Of a stretch of DNA of 64,000 nt, positions 27,944-36,740 are shown one piece after another (the first letter of the stretch is position 1; each line of letters opens with the position of its first letter). This DNA comes from an uncultured Nitrospina sp. (GTDB lineage: Bacteria; Nitrospinota; Nitrospinia; Nitrospinales; VA-1). Below the pieces are notes generated by a model. That model saw only the letters and a list, made by a program, of their open reading frames with translations, made no database searches and had not been told where the DNA came from. The stretch lies in the NCBI GenBank assembly GCA_913045445.1, contig CAJWQP010000001.1, positions 7,397 through 71,396 of the forward strand. Direction: 5' to 3'. The position numbers were made by a program, and so were the translations under genes.

Positions 27944-28238
27944 CTACTGTGATTCAAAATCATCTGGCAAAATAGCTGTTTTTCTACGAAAATGATTGTA
28001 CGGCTGGATAGGGCGCAATCCACCATATTCTTTACGCCAGCGGATCAATGTTTGTTCTGCTATACCCAGCTTTTTTGCTGCCTCCAACTGGGTCAAGCCT
28101 TTGGATTCAAAAACCTCTGCTTCTCGAAGCTTTACAATGATTTGCTCCGGGCTAAATCGCTTCCTACCCATAATCCCCCCCCTTATCAAATAGTTTTTAT
28201 AAGTTTAACACTTGGCATAGATCTAAGGGGTCGGGTCA
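27944..28238 (-). mobile_element. IS3-family insertion sequence remnant (5' end with truncated orfA)
   Basis: From the ATG at 28171, 'MGRKRFSPEQIIVKLREAEV...EQTLIRWRKEYGGL' matches the IS3-family OrfA HTH. Similarity is lost after about aa 55. A candidate terminal repeat starting TGACCCGACCCC (minus strand) ends at 28238. Confidence 0.7.
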
Positions 28239-28254
28239 GTGACAGAAAAAGGCC

Positions 28255-28896
28255 TGCCCGGCGCGGTTTAGGCCTTGCTGGAAAAGGGGCCGACCCGAAT
28301 GTACGCAACAGAAAGGGGTGGACTGCGTTGACCCATGCGGCGAAATATAATCAGGTGGAAAGTGGGCGGGTGCTGATTGCCAGTGGAGCAAAAATTGATT
28401 CAAGAACAAAAATAATGCAACGCCTCTTATTCGATCTCTGCGGAAAAGGGACATGAGTCTTTCACTCGGATGCTGGTTGAAAGTGGTGCGGATGTTAATG
28501 CGAGGAGTAAAAACAGCACAACCCCGTTGATAATTGCGTCTGTCAGAGGTCGTGTTGAAATCATTAGTTTGCTTGTGAAAAAGGGAGCAAAGGTTGATGG
28601 TGTGTTGAATAACGGGTCAACTGCGCTGATGGTTGCCGCAGAGAGGGGCCATTACGAAGCAGTCAAGGCTTTGTTGAAGCATGGGGCTGATCCTGAAATA
28701 ACCAGTCAAAAGGGGTGGACGACACTCATGGTGGCTGTTGCCGGTGGTAACCTCAAGGCCACTCGCCTGATTCTGGATCAGGGGGGGTGACGCTCAAGCC
28801 AAGAGCAAAAGTGGCTGGACCGCTCTGAAAGTCGCCGCTCAAGCCAAGCACCAGAGCATAGTCAATATCCTTCTGCAATCTGGTGTCAAAGATTAA
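28255..28896 (+). pseudogene. Ankyrin-repeat protein pseudogene (5'-truncated, at least 3 frameshifts)
   Basis: About six ANK repeats ('GADPNVRNRKGWTALTHAA', 'GADVNARSKNSTTPLIIAS', 'GAKVDGVLNNGSTALMVAA', 'GADPEITSQKGWTTLMVAV', 'SGWTALKVAA') are spread over three frames. Frame shifts occur near 28410-28440 and at the G7 run 28781-28787. Confidence 0.75.
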
Positions 28897-28974
28897 CAGT
28901 TTTTCTCAGATAAATACAGACTCAGGCGATCCGTTTTTTGTTGAATGATTTTTTGAAGCTGCGCTCGGTAAATA

Positions 28975-31167
28975 TTATTGTTGTTGTGCGCTGATCAGGG
29001 TTTTGAGAAGCCCTATGTTTTGGGTGTGTCCTGATTTATGGGCATGGATGTGTCCGCGAATGGGTCTTCCCAGCAGGTAAAAATCCCCGAGTATGTCTAA
29101 AATTTTATGCCGGGGAAACTCATTTTCAAATCGTAACTGAGTGTTGATGACTTTGCCGTCACCAAGTAATATGAAATTGTCCAGTTTGCCGCCCGAGGCG
29201 AACCCCATTTTTGTTAGTTGCGCGACATCCTGCATGAATCCAAATGTACGTGCGGGAGCAATTTCTTTTTTGAAGCTTTCCTCATCTTTATACTCGAAGG
29301 TGTGGTCCATAACTCCTATCGGAGCAGGATATTCCATGTGGTAGCTCACCTTGAACGTATCGCAAGGTTCAATGCTGATATGAGGTTCTCCATTTTCTTT
29401 GGACCCGAAGGTATAGGTCTTGTCGATGATGAGTTCCTGATAAAATTCATCTTGATCTTCAAACTCCCCGTCCTCTATTAATTCACAGAAGTCCTTTGCC
29501 GAACCATCCATGACCGGAACCTCATCTCCTATTTTTATAAGCAGGTTGGTTATGCGATACATGTGAAGAACAGCCATTATATGTTCTATGGTGGCAACGC
29601 TGGACCTTCCTTTTCGCAGTGAGGTGGAATAATCGGTGGACATGATGTTTTCAATGCGAGCCGGAATGGTTTGTCCGCTGGAGATGTCACCAAAGATAAT
29701 ACCGCTCCCCGGTGGAAGAGGTTGCAGGATCAGGCCTGTTTTGATTCCGAGGTGGAGTCCGCTTCCGCACAACACCATACTCCGCTTGAGAGTTCTTTGA
29801 GGAAAACTGTGGTTATCGTCTTTAGACTCCTTGCTGGGGAATTTGATTCCGTGAGTTTCTATTTTCTCCATGAACATGTCTTTGTCGACTTTCAGGGCCT
29901 TGCTTGTTTTCCTGGCATCCCAGTTGTTCTTTTTCAGGTGATGCAGGAGGTAATCTTTTTCCCAGTGTTGCTCGGCTTCTTTGAGTGACTCGAACTTTTC
30001 GAGGTTCACGGTTTTAAACTGGTCTTCTGCCTGTCTGATTTCTGGAGGAATTTCACTGAGAGAAATATTTTCTCTTGAAGGCGCTGTTGCAATGATGCGA
30101 TCGAGAACTGAGCGAAGCTCTCTAATGTTTCCCGGCCAACTGTAACGGCATAAGGCATCCAGCGCCGCTGAATCTACTTGAGGAGCGGACAGTCCATCCT
30201 TCTGCGCAATTTCTTCAAGATAATCACGGGTCATCATCGGAATATTGGATGAGTTTTCTCGCAAGGGAGGGATATGGATAGTGCTATCTCTGAAAGTTTT
30301 CAGCAGATCGGTGTTGAATTGGCCGTTTTTTGCCAGTTCATGGAGGTCTTTAGAAGATGAGATATACAGGCGCGAGGGTAAAAGTTGTTTTGTTCCCGCT
30401 TGCATGGCATTGAATAATTTTTCCTGCATCACTTTAGTGAGTGCGTCTACATTATCCAGAAATATTATTCGCGATGTGCCAGTGGTTGACTTTGTATTGG
30501 AGTTTTTGTTCTCACTTGCACGGCCTTTTTTTGATCCTGGGAACAAAGAGGATTGGATTTCATGCATTCGTCTTGCGGCGCAATTGATTTTTATGAAGGG
30601 AAGTCTGCTTTGGGGACTCTGATTGTGTATGGCTTGAGCGATGAATTCTTTGCCTGTCCCCGCTTCGCCTAGAAGGAGTATGGGATTGTTAGATTGTGAA
30701 TGGGTTTTGATGGCTTTTTTTATTTCCACCAATGCGGCGAAGCCCATTGGCGCTTCATTGCTATTAGTTAAATGATTATCTGATTTTGCTGAAAAATTCT
30801 TTTTTACTTTGAAGACGCTCTGTACGGACTGGGTCAGGAGGTCCATCGAAAATGGCTTTTCGATGAAGTCATAAGCCCCAAGTTTTGTCGCCTTGACCGC
30901 AGTATCGATAGTGCCGTGCCCGGACATGATAAGCACTTCGATGTTAGGGTGATAGGTTTTAACCGTTTTTAAAACTTCTATTCCATCCATGCCCGGAAGC
31001 CAGATATCAAGCAAAAGCAGGTCGGGTGGATCTGACTGAATTATGTCCAGTGCATCGAGTCCGTCATCGGCCACAGAGACATCGTAGCCTTCATCTGCCA
31101 GAATTCCTCTGAGGGAGCTTACGATGTTTTTTTCATCATCAACAATTAAAATTCGTTCTTGAGGCAA
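28975..31167 (-). CDS. lpxC: Fusion protein: receiver domain + degenerate sigma54-type AAA+ + Fis-like HTH + UDP-3-O-acyl-GlcNAc deacetylase (LpxC)
   Basis: Uninterrupted 730-aa ORF. REC motifs are 'IVDDE', 'LLLLDIW' and 'KPF'. The AAA+ module has 'GEAGTGKE' and 'WPGNIRELRS' but lacks GAFTGA, and Walker B reads 'FLDNVD'. The LpxC part runs from 'QRTLKRSMVLCGSGLHLG' and includes 'ATIEHI', 'ARTFGF', 'RHKILDILGDF' and 'HKSGH'. Confidence 0.85.
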   Translation of the reverse strand: MPQERILIVDDEKNIVSSLRGILADEGYDVSVADDGLDALDIIQSDPPDLLLLDIWLPGMDGIEVLKTVKTYHPNIEVLIMSGHGTIDTAVKATKLGAYDFIEKPFSMDLLTQSVQSVFKVKKNFSAKSDNHLTNSNEAPMGFAALVEIKKAIKTHSQSNNPILLLGEAGTGKEFIAQAIHNQSPQSRLPFIKINCAARRMHEIQSSLFPGSKKGRASENKNSNTKSTTGTSRIIFLDNVDALTKVMQEKLFNAMQAGTKQLLPSRLYISSSKDLHELAKNGQFNTDLLKTFRDSTIHIPPLRENSSNIPMMTRDYLEEIAQKDGLSAPQVDSAALDALCRYSWPGNIRELRSVLDRIIATAPSRENISLSEIPPEIRQAEDQFKTVNLEKFESLKEAEQHWEKDYLLHHLKKNNWDARKTSKALKVDKDMFMEKIETHGIKFPSKESKDDNHSFPQRTLKRSMVLCGSGLHLGIKTGLILQPLPPGSGIIFGDISSGQTIPARIENIMSTDYSTSLRKGRSSVATIEHIMAVLHMYRITNLLIKIGDEVPVMDGSAKDFCELIEDGEFEDQDEFYQELIIDKTYTFGSKENGEPHISIEPCDTFKVSYHMEYPAPIGVMDHTFEYKDEESFKKEIAPARTFGFMQDVAQLTKMGFASGGKLDNFILLGDGKVINTQLRFENEFPRHKILDILGDFYLLGRPIRGHIHAHKSGHTQNIGLLKTLISAQQQ

Positions 31168-31204
31168 TTCTTTCTCCAGATCACGGGGGTTCAGGTATGT
31201 CGCG

Positions 31205-31834
31205 TTATTTTGCGAATTCTAAATAGAAAATACGCTCTCCTGCATTGATAAATTTTTTTTCGTATTTGGTTTTTGGAACGCCTTCTTTTTGCAGAAGGAA
31301 TGTGCCTGATCCGCTTTTATTTTTCAGCGTTGGTTCATTTTCAAAAAATTCCAGAATCTCCAGGGCATAGGATTCAAAATCTGTGGCGATATGAATTTCC
31401 CCGCCCGGCTTTAATTTTTCGGACAGAGTTTTGATGAAGGCTGGTTTAATAAGTCTGCGTTTATGATGCCTTTTTTTAGGCCATGGATCAGGAAAGTTTA
31501 TATAAACCCGACTCAGTTCCTGATCATTAAACAAGAGAGGTGTTTTCTCTTTCGCATCGCCATATACGATACGGGTATTATTGACCTGATACTTGTCTAT
31601 CCGGGAGATAACTTTGCGGATGCCTTTATGATAGAAATCCATGCCGATAAAATTTTCATCGGGTTCGCGGATTCCCATTTCTATCAGAAAATTTCCAACG
31701 CCAAACCCGATCTCCAGATTCAGGGGATTGCTGTTGCCAAAAACTTCTTCCCAGTCGGGCCTTGAATCGATATCGAGAAAGTTAACATTGCTCTCAGCTA
31801 TTTCGTCAAATGAGATAAGATTTTTAAAGGACAT
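31205..31834 (-). CDS. trmB: tRNA (guanine46-N7)-methyltransferase
   Basis: 209 aa with 'LEIGFGVGNFL' and 'FPDPWPKKRHHKRR'. Confidence 0.9.
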   Translation of the reverse strand: MSFKNLISFDEIAESNVNFLDIDSRPDWEEVFGNSNPLNLEIGFGVGNFLIEMGIREPDENFIGMDFYHKGIRKVISRIDKYQVNNTRIVYGDAKEKTPLLFNDQELSRVYINFPDPWPKKRHHKRRLIKPAFIKTLSEKLKPGGEIHIATDFESYALEILEFFENEPTLKNKSGSGTFLLQKEGVPKTKYEKKFINAGERIFYLEFAK

Positions 31835-31842
31835 GGAGATGG

Positions 31843-32328
31843 TTACTCTTCATCCTCTTCTGAATCTTCGTGGATGGTCGTCACACGAATAACTTCATAT
31901 TCCACCTTTTGCTCTGGCAGAGAAATAATGATTTCATCCCCTACCTGTTTTCCCATGAGAGCTCTTCCAATAGGCGAAGCGGCTGAGATTTTTCCAGCAT
32001 CGGGATCAACATCTTCGGGGAAGACCAGTCGATATTTTTTTTCCTTCCCTGTGTCAAGGTCATTCAGGAACAGAGTGCTGCCTAGTCCAGAACGGTCTTT
32101 TGGAATCCTTTCTAAATCCAGCGAGGTGACATCGCTTATTCTTTTTTGCAGTAGTGATATTCTCGCCTGAAGAAATGTTTGCCTTTCTTTTGCCGCTTTG
32201 TATTCGGCGTTTTCACTCAGGTCACCATGTTCCCTGGCAATTTTTAACGCCTCTGGAATATCGACCTGCAATTCCTTTTGGGAATCCGCAAGTTGCTTGT
32301 CGAGTTTTTTCAGGATGGTCTGCTTCAT
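31843..32328 (-). CDS. greA: Transcription elongation factor GreA
   Basis: Contains 'DLSENAEYKAAKERQ' and 'ISAASPIGRALMGKQVGD'. I prefer the ATG at 32328 after GGAGAG; the track ORF opens at TTG 32343. Confidence 0.93.
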   Translation of the reverse strand: MKQTILKKLDKQLADSQKELQVDIPEALKIAREHGDLSENAEYKAAKERQTFLQARISLLQKRISDVTSLDLERIPKDRSGLGSTLFLNDLDTGKEKKYRLVFPEDVDPDAGKISAASPIGRALMGKQVGDEIIISLPEQKVEYEVIRVTTIHEDSEEDEE

Positions 32329-32745
32329 GCAGGCTCTCTCCAATCAAATAATTCTGTTACTGGGATGCGATGAATCTCACCACATGTTTCAAGGATATTC
32401 TAGAAGACCCTTTTGTCTTCCGCAAGAATAAGATTAGATGTTTTCAATTTCAAGTGTATGTTCAGGTTTAAGTACTTTTTCACTTAAATATTTAACTCAT
32501 CAATTGTTCCGCTACCCCAAAATATTAATTTTATGGGATTGTCCGGGTTGGTTTTCATGCCAGGGTTTTTCTTAGCGAAGTGCTTCTGCGGTTATTTCGA
32601 ATTATTTTAAAATTAGTTTGGTTTATGGGGCAATAGCTCTTTATTTGGATAGATATACAGGGTAACCCCATTCTAAATAAATGGCTTAGTGTCTAATTCG
32701 ATTATATTGTTATGGCTCCGACCATATTCCCAGATAACTCAACTG

Positions 32746-32765
32746 CCCATTGTATCCCATTGTAT
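32746..32765 (+). repeat. Perfect tandem duplication CCCATTGTAT x2
   Basis: The 10-mer occurs at 32746-32755 and 32756-32765, inside a ~550-bp AT-rich non-coding region. Confidence 0.9.
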
Positions 32766-32891
32766 CAGGTGCCGGATTATTTTTTCTTTAAAAACTTGTC
32801 CTATTTGGAGTATAAATACTTGACGAATAAGGTGATAGACGGACAATAACTGCTTGGTCACATTTTAGGGGGTGGTCTGTACTGTTACAGA

Positions 32892-33134
32892 GTGCGGAAA
32901 ATTTTTCTGTTTGGTGAGAGGAAGCACTTGAGAGACAAACTGTTAACTTTATTGGAACAAAAGGGTGGTCTTCCGCCGTTGCCCGATGTTTTGTTAAAAT
33001 TAGAAAACCATATTAACGATCCCAATAGTGACCTGGAAAGTGTTGCTGGTTTAATTCAAACCGACCCGGTTATGCAGGGGAGGTTGATTAAGTTGGCCAA
33101 TAGTGTGTTTTCTGCTTCGTTAAAAATGGAATGA
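32892..33134 (+). pseudogene. HDOD-domain protein, N-terminal fragment only
   Basis: 'LPPLPDVLLKLENHINDPNSDLESVAGLIQTDPVMQGRLIKLANSVF' matches the start of an HDOD domain. The ORF stops after 80 aa and no continuation exists in any frame. Confidence 0.55.
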
Positions 33135-33202
33135 CCAAGTGCTCTGGCCTCAACCCCACCATCGTTAGAACCCTCGACTATAAAAATGATTTCTGTGTCC
33201 AT
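33122..33202 (-). pseudogene. HicB-like (UPF0150-type) antitoxin N-terminal remnant
   Basis: 'MDTEIIFIVEGSNDGGVEARALGHSIF' resembles the N-terminus of small HicB-like proteins. It collides head-on with the HDOD fragment. The call is from memory only. Confidence 0.3.
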
Positions 33203-33341
33203 AGAAATTCTCCACTGTTTTAATAGTGATATCCTATCACGAGTGTTGAAAATTAGAAAACTTGTTCGTTTGTTCAATGGGGCCAGTGGCGAGTGAGGAT
33301 GAAATAACTTCCCCTGCATAGCAGATTTAAGTTAAAAGTTT

Positions 33342-34340
33342 TTATGGCAATGAAGCTTCTTCTTCTGATTTTGGAGATAAAGGCTCCAGTGGGAAGAAAT
33401 TTCTCAGCAATATAAAAACATATCCGGTTCCCGCCAGGGGTAATAGGTAGCACAGGTGCTGGACCAGAGCCAGTGCCAGTGCTTGTTCGGGCGCTATGCC
33501 AAGATACTGGTAAATGAAAAATACAGTTGCTTCATAAACCCCCAGGTTGCCGGGAGCCAGGGGAACCAGGGTGGTTAAATTTAGCGCGGCCAGTATGAGG
33601 AGGACACTCCAGACTGGCAGGTCCACGCCGAAACTCTTCTGTACTCCCCAGATGGCAGTTGCCTCACACAGCTTCATTCCGTAAGCCAGAAACACGCCAT
33701 AAAAAAAAGTCCGCAGGTTGCGGAGTCCTTCCAGCTGATGGCCCCATCTTGATACAAAGTGGATTATCTTTTCCTTGAGCGTTCTGTTGTGACCGGGGTC
33801 CGATTCCTTGTAATCGTGAAAGCGGTGCGCCAAATACAAAAGAACGCACAGGAACAAAAAAACAATCATGACTAATCCAATGATCCCCTGTTTCATGAGA
33901 GGGGGCAGAGGGGTGAGGCTGGCTACAATGAGCAGGACGGTCAACTTGGCTATCCCTTCGCAGAGTTGGTCCAGCGACATCACAGAGAGAGCGGCGGAAT
34001 GACCAACGTGTTCTCTTTTGGCGAGTAGAAAAACGCCCATGGCATGTCCGCCGGGAAACGGGAGTGTGTTCATCGCGGTACACATCAACGCGTTGATCTC
34101 GAACATTCGCTTGAATGAAACAATAAGTTTTCCAGGAAGAAACAACACCCATTGCTCGGCCCATAAGAAGAAGATGGAGAAATGCCCGGCGACACCCAGC
34201 AACAGCCATAGGGGGTGTGCCTGCCTGATTTCGTTCCACGCGCGTTCTATTTCGATGCCGCGGAAGCACAGGTAGAGCAGGTAGGTGGCTATAACCCAGG
34301 CAATCAATAATAGAGTTTTCTTTTTTCTCAGGTTAAGCAT
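33342..34340 (-). CDS. UPF0104 / lysylphosphatidylglycerol-synthase-TM-like (flippase-like) membrane protein
   Basis: 332-aa polytopic protein with a basic N-terminus ('MLNLRKKK') and about 8 TM helices. Confidence 0.65.
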   Translation of the reverse strand: MLNLRKKKTLLLIAWVIATYLLYLCFRGIEIERAWNEIRQAHPLWLLLGVAGHFSIFFLWAEQWVLFLPGKLIVSFKRMFEINALMCTAMNTLPFPGGHAMGVFLLAKREHVGHSAALSVMSLDQLCEGIAKLTVLLIVASLTPLPPLMKQGIIGLVMIVFLFLCVLLYLAHRFHDYKESDPGHNRTLKEKIIHFVSRWGHQLEGLRNLRTFFYGVFLAYGMKLCEATAIWGVQKSFGVDLPVWSVLLILAALNLTTLVPLAPGNLGVYEATVFFIYQYLGIAPEQALALALVQHLCYLLPLAGTGYVFILLRNFFPLEPLSPKSEEEASLP

Positions 34341-34397
34341 TTTTCAAACGGAATTCTTGCACTAGTTGTTTTTATAGTTTACCCATTCACAGGTAAG

Positions 34398-35408
34398 CTA
34401 CATTTTTATCACGACTTTATTTTCATAATAGGCCGATTCCAGAGCGGACTGTGTCTCATCTAATGACCTGACAGAGGTGATGAGTTTCCCCAACTGCTCA
34501 TGATGCTTTGCTAAAAATCCCAGCGCCGGCTGGAAGGGTCCGCACCTTGATCCTTGTATGCCTATTTCATCGACCACAAGTTTTGTTATGTTGAGTCCGT
34601 GTTCGGGCAGTCCGCAGGTGGTTTTTACGCTGATGGTGCCGCGTGGCCGCACCAGTTGCGAAGCTTGCACCAGACCTTCCGTTGACCCTGTGGCATCAAC
34701 TACGATGTCGGCACCGAGTCCGTGAGTCAAATTTTTAATTTGCGCGTCGGCAGACTCTGGTGAAAATGCATGTGCGGCTCCGTAACTGGTGGCTCGCTTC
34801 CGTTTGGCTTCACTTCTGGATACCGCGATCACTTGTGCGCCTTTAAGCGCGGCAACGAAAACGATGAGTATACCCAGTCTGCCGGGTCCTAACACAACAA
34901 CGGTTTCACCATTATTGATATGAGTCATTTCAAAAGTTTGAATCGCCGCCGCGAGGGGTTCGGCGAGTGTGGCGGTGAGAGAGTCCACTGTCTCAGGGAT
35001 TTCGTGCAGGGTTCCACCGGCGACAGAGACTTCTTCCGCGAACGCTCCATCATGGTTGATGATTCCGGTAACATTTCTTTTCAGGCAATGGTTGGGCATG
35101 TCCAGTTCGCAGGCTCTGCAAGGTTTTTCCATTTCATAAGCTATGCAGGTATTATTGATTTCGGCGACAACCCGCTTACCGATCCATTGGGTATCCATAG
35201 CGTTGCCGAGCAATTTTACCGTTCCCGCGAACTCGTGTCCGCAAACCAGGGGAAGGGCAACAGGATAGTCGCCAGAAAAGAGAGCGAGGTCGGTCCCGCA
35301 TATCCCTGCTGTTTCAACAGCGATGACGGCTTCATTTGCGTTTGGGGTTAACGACTCCAGATTAGCGATTTGAATGGTTCTCGGAGCTGAGAGTTGAGCG
35401 GATTTCAT
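34398..35408 (-). CDS. Zinc-dependent medium-chain alcohol/polyol dehydrogenase
   Basis: 'GICGTDLALFSG', 'CGHEFAGTV' and a Rossmann 'VLGPGRLG'. Confidence 0.85.
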   Translation of the reverse strand: MKSAQLSAPRTIQIANLESLTPNANEAVIAVETAGICGTDLALFSGDYPVALPLVCGHEFAGTVKLLGNAMDTQWIGKRVVAEINNTCIAYEMEKPCRACELDMPNHCLKRNVTGIINHDGAFAEEVSVAGGTLHEIPETVDSLTATLAEPLAAAIQTFEMTHINNGETVVVLGPGRLGILIVFVAALKGAQVIAVSRSEAKRKRATSYGAAHAFSPESADAQIKNLTHGLGADIVVDATGSTEGLVQASQLVRPRGTISVKTTCGLPEHGLNITKLVVDEIGIQGSRCGPFQPALGFLAKHHEQLGKLITSVRSLDETQSALESAYYENKVVIKM

Positions 35409-35498
35409 GAAGCTTACCGGCGTGTCATCCTGAGCTTGTGGTATTTAACCATTGCCTTCATGCCCCGGAGGGGTATGGCGAAGGGTCTCGTGTTTGTT

Positions 35499-36260
35499 TT
35501 ATTTTTTCTTTTTATTTTTTTCCTGCCACACAATGAGCCAGTGTTGTAGCAACTTCAGTGGCTGAACGCCTTGGAATTTTCTGCGTTTGAATTTGGGAGT
35601 CTGGTCGTGTTGTATTTTCGCGATGACCGTGGCACCGACAGCTTCTTCGATCACTGCCCCACGCTGGGCATGCTCAAGTTTCTTTGACCTGCACTGGTCG
35701 CGAAACGCTACCACCAGACGGCAGTCGAGCGGCCTGTCTTCATATATCGTGCAAGCGTGGTCGTCATCCAGAAACGGACAGGGTTGGTTGATGACCAGGC
35801 GGTGCCAGTCGATTTGCTCCAGACTCTTGTTGGAACGAATCGCATCACGCACCCGGTTGATCGTGCGTTGCGCCCGTTCGATAACTTCATTGAGGTCGAT
35901 TTCGTTTTCCTTGACACGATTTAATATGCCGTCCCATTCAACCTGCGTCGCGGCGACACCGGTATGACAGCAATGACCGCATCCTCTTTCACACTTAAGG
36001 GGGGGGATATTTTTGTACGAGCGGTCCAGCAGTTGCCAGAATTTTCTTAAAGGTGTCGTTCCTTCAGCTCGCGCTGATTTGACAGAGTCCTCGGCTAAAA
36101 TCGCGTAAGAATCCTGGATATCTTCATCGCTGAACTTTCGTTGAAGGTAATCACCTAATTCTGCGGAATTCGTCATCCCCTCGATGAACAGTCCGTTTAC
36201 GTCACTTTTGAGTGCCATGATTAAATGCCGGGTTTGATATTTTGGGGTAAAGATTAGCAT
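35499..36260 (-). CDS. YkgJ-family Cys-cluster (CxxCxxCC-type zinc/iron-chelating) protein
   Basis: 'CERGCGHCC' and 'CPFLDDDHACTIYEDRPLDCR'. The real start may be the ATG at 36218 ('MALKSDV'). Confidence 0.7.
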   Translation of the reverse strand: MLIFTPKYQTRHLIMALKSDVNGLFIEGMTNSAELGDYLQRKFSDEDIQDSYAILAEDSVKSARAEGTTPLRKFWQLLDRSYKNIPPLKCERGCGHCCHTGVAATQVEWDGILNRVKENEIDLNEVIERAQRTINRVRDAIRSNKSLEQIDWHRLVINQPCPFLDDDHACTIYEDRPLDCRLVVAFRDQCRSKKLEHAQRGAVIEEAVGATVIAKIQHDQTPKFKRRKFQGVQPLKLLQHWLIVWQEKNKKKK

Positions 36261-36313
36261 TTCATAAGCGGGAATGCGATATCTTAAGTTTAGACTATGG
36301 AGAAAGGAGGGGA

Positions 36314-36715
36314 TTATTCTTTTGATTTGGCAACGTATTTCACCTGCAACTCGTAGATGAGTTGCTCGAGAAGTTTCTTTTCATCATCCGTAAGGTTATC
36401 TTTAGTTTTTTCCCGCAACATGATGAGCATGTCTATGGTTTGTTGAACGGCGGGAAGATTGATTTCCTTTTTTCCCGTGGTGGGGTCTGGCATATCACCC
36501 AGATGGTAAAAGGCAGACGATGTGAGCGACATGACAAAAGTTGAAAAATCGATTTGGAAAGCTTCGGCCTGTTCTCCGTCGGAAGGCTCTTTCTGCTCCT
36601 GCGAACCTTCTGTGTCCTTATCCTCTACGGAAGAGGCTTCATCTTCCGAAATTTGGGAAGACCGCTTGTCTTTAATAACAAAACCTTCGCCTTCAGCTTT
36701 ATCGTCTTTGCTCAT
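36314..36715 (-). CDS. DUF1844 protein
   Basis: An acidic N-terminus followed by 'FSTFVMSLTSSAFYHLG', the typical DUF1844 core. Confidence 0.7.
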   Translation of the reverse strand: MSKDDKAEGEGFVIKDKRSSQISEDEASSVEDKDTEGSQEQKEPSDGEQAEAFQIDFSTFVMSLTSSAFYHLGDMPDPTTGKKEINLPAVQQTIDMLIMLREKTKDNLTDDEKKLLEQLIYELQVKYVAKSKE

Positions 36716-36740
36716 AGGATTTTGATTCCAAGATAAGTGT

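Noticed and set aside
27810-27995. 61-aa plus-strand ORF next to the IS remnant.
   Set aside because: It reads straight through the terminator hairpin and T-run (translating as 'GGFFFKF') and has no RBS, so it is spurious.
33664-34269. 201-aa Arg/Pro-rich ORF in an alternative frame of the UPF0104 membrane protein gene.
   Set aside because: It is on the same strand as, and fully inside, a coherent polytopic membrane protein ORF, and its composition is not protein-like.
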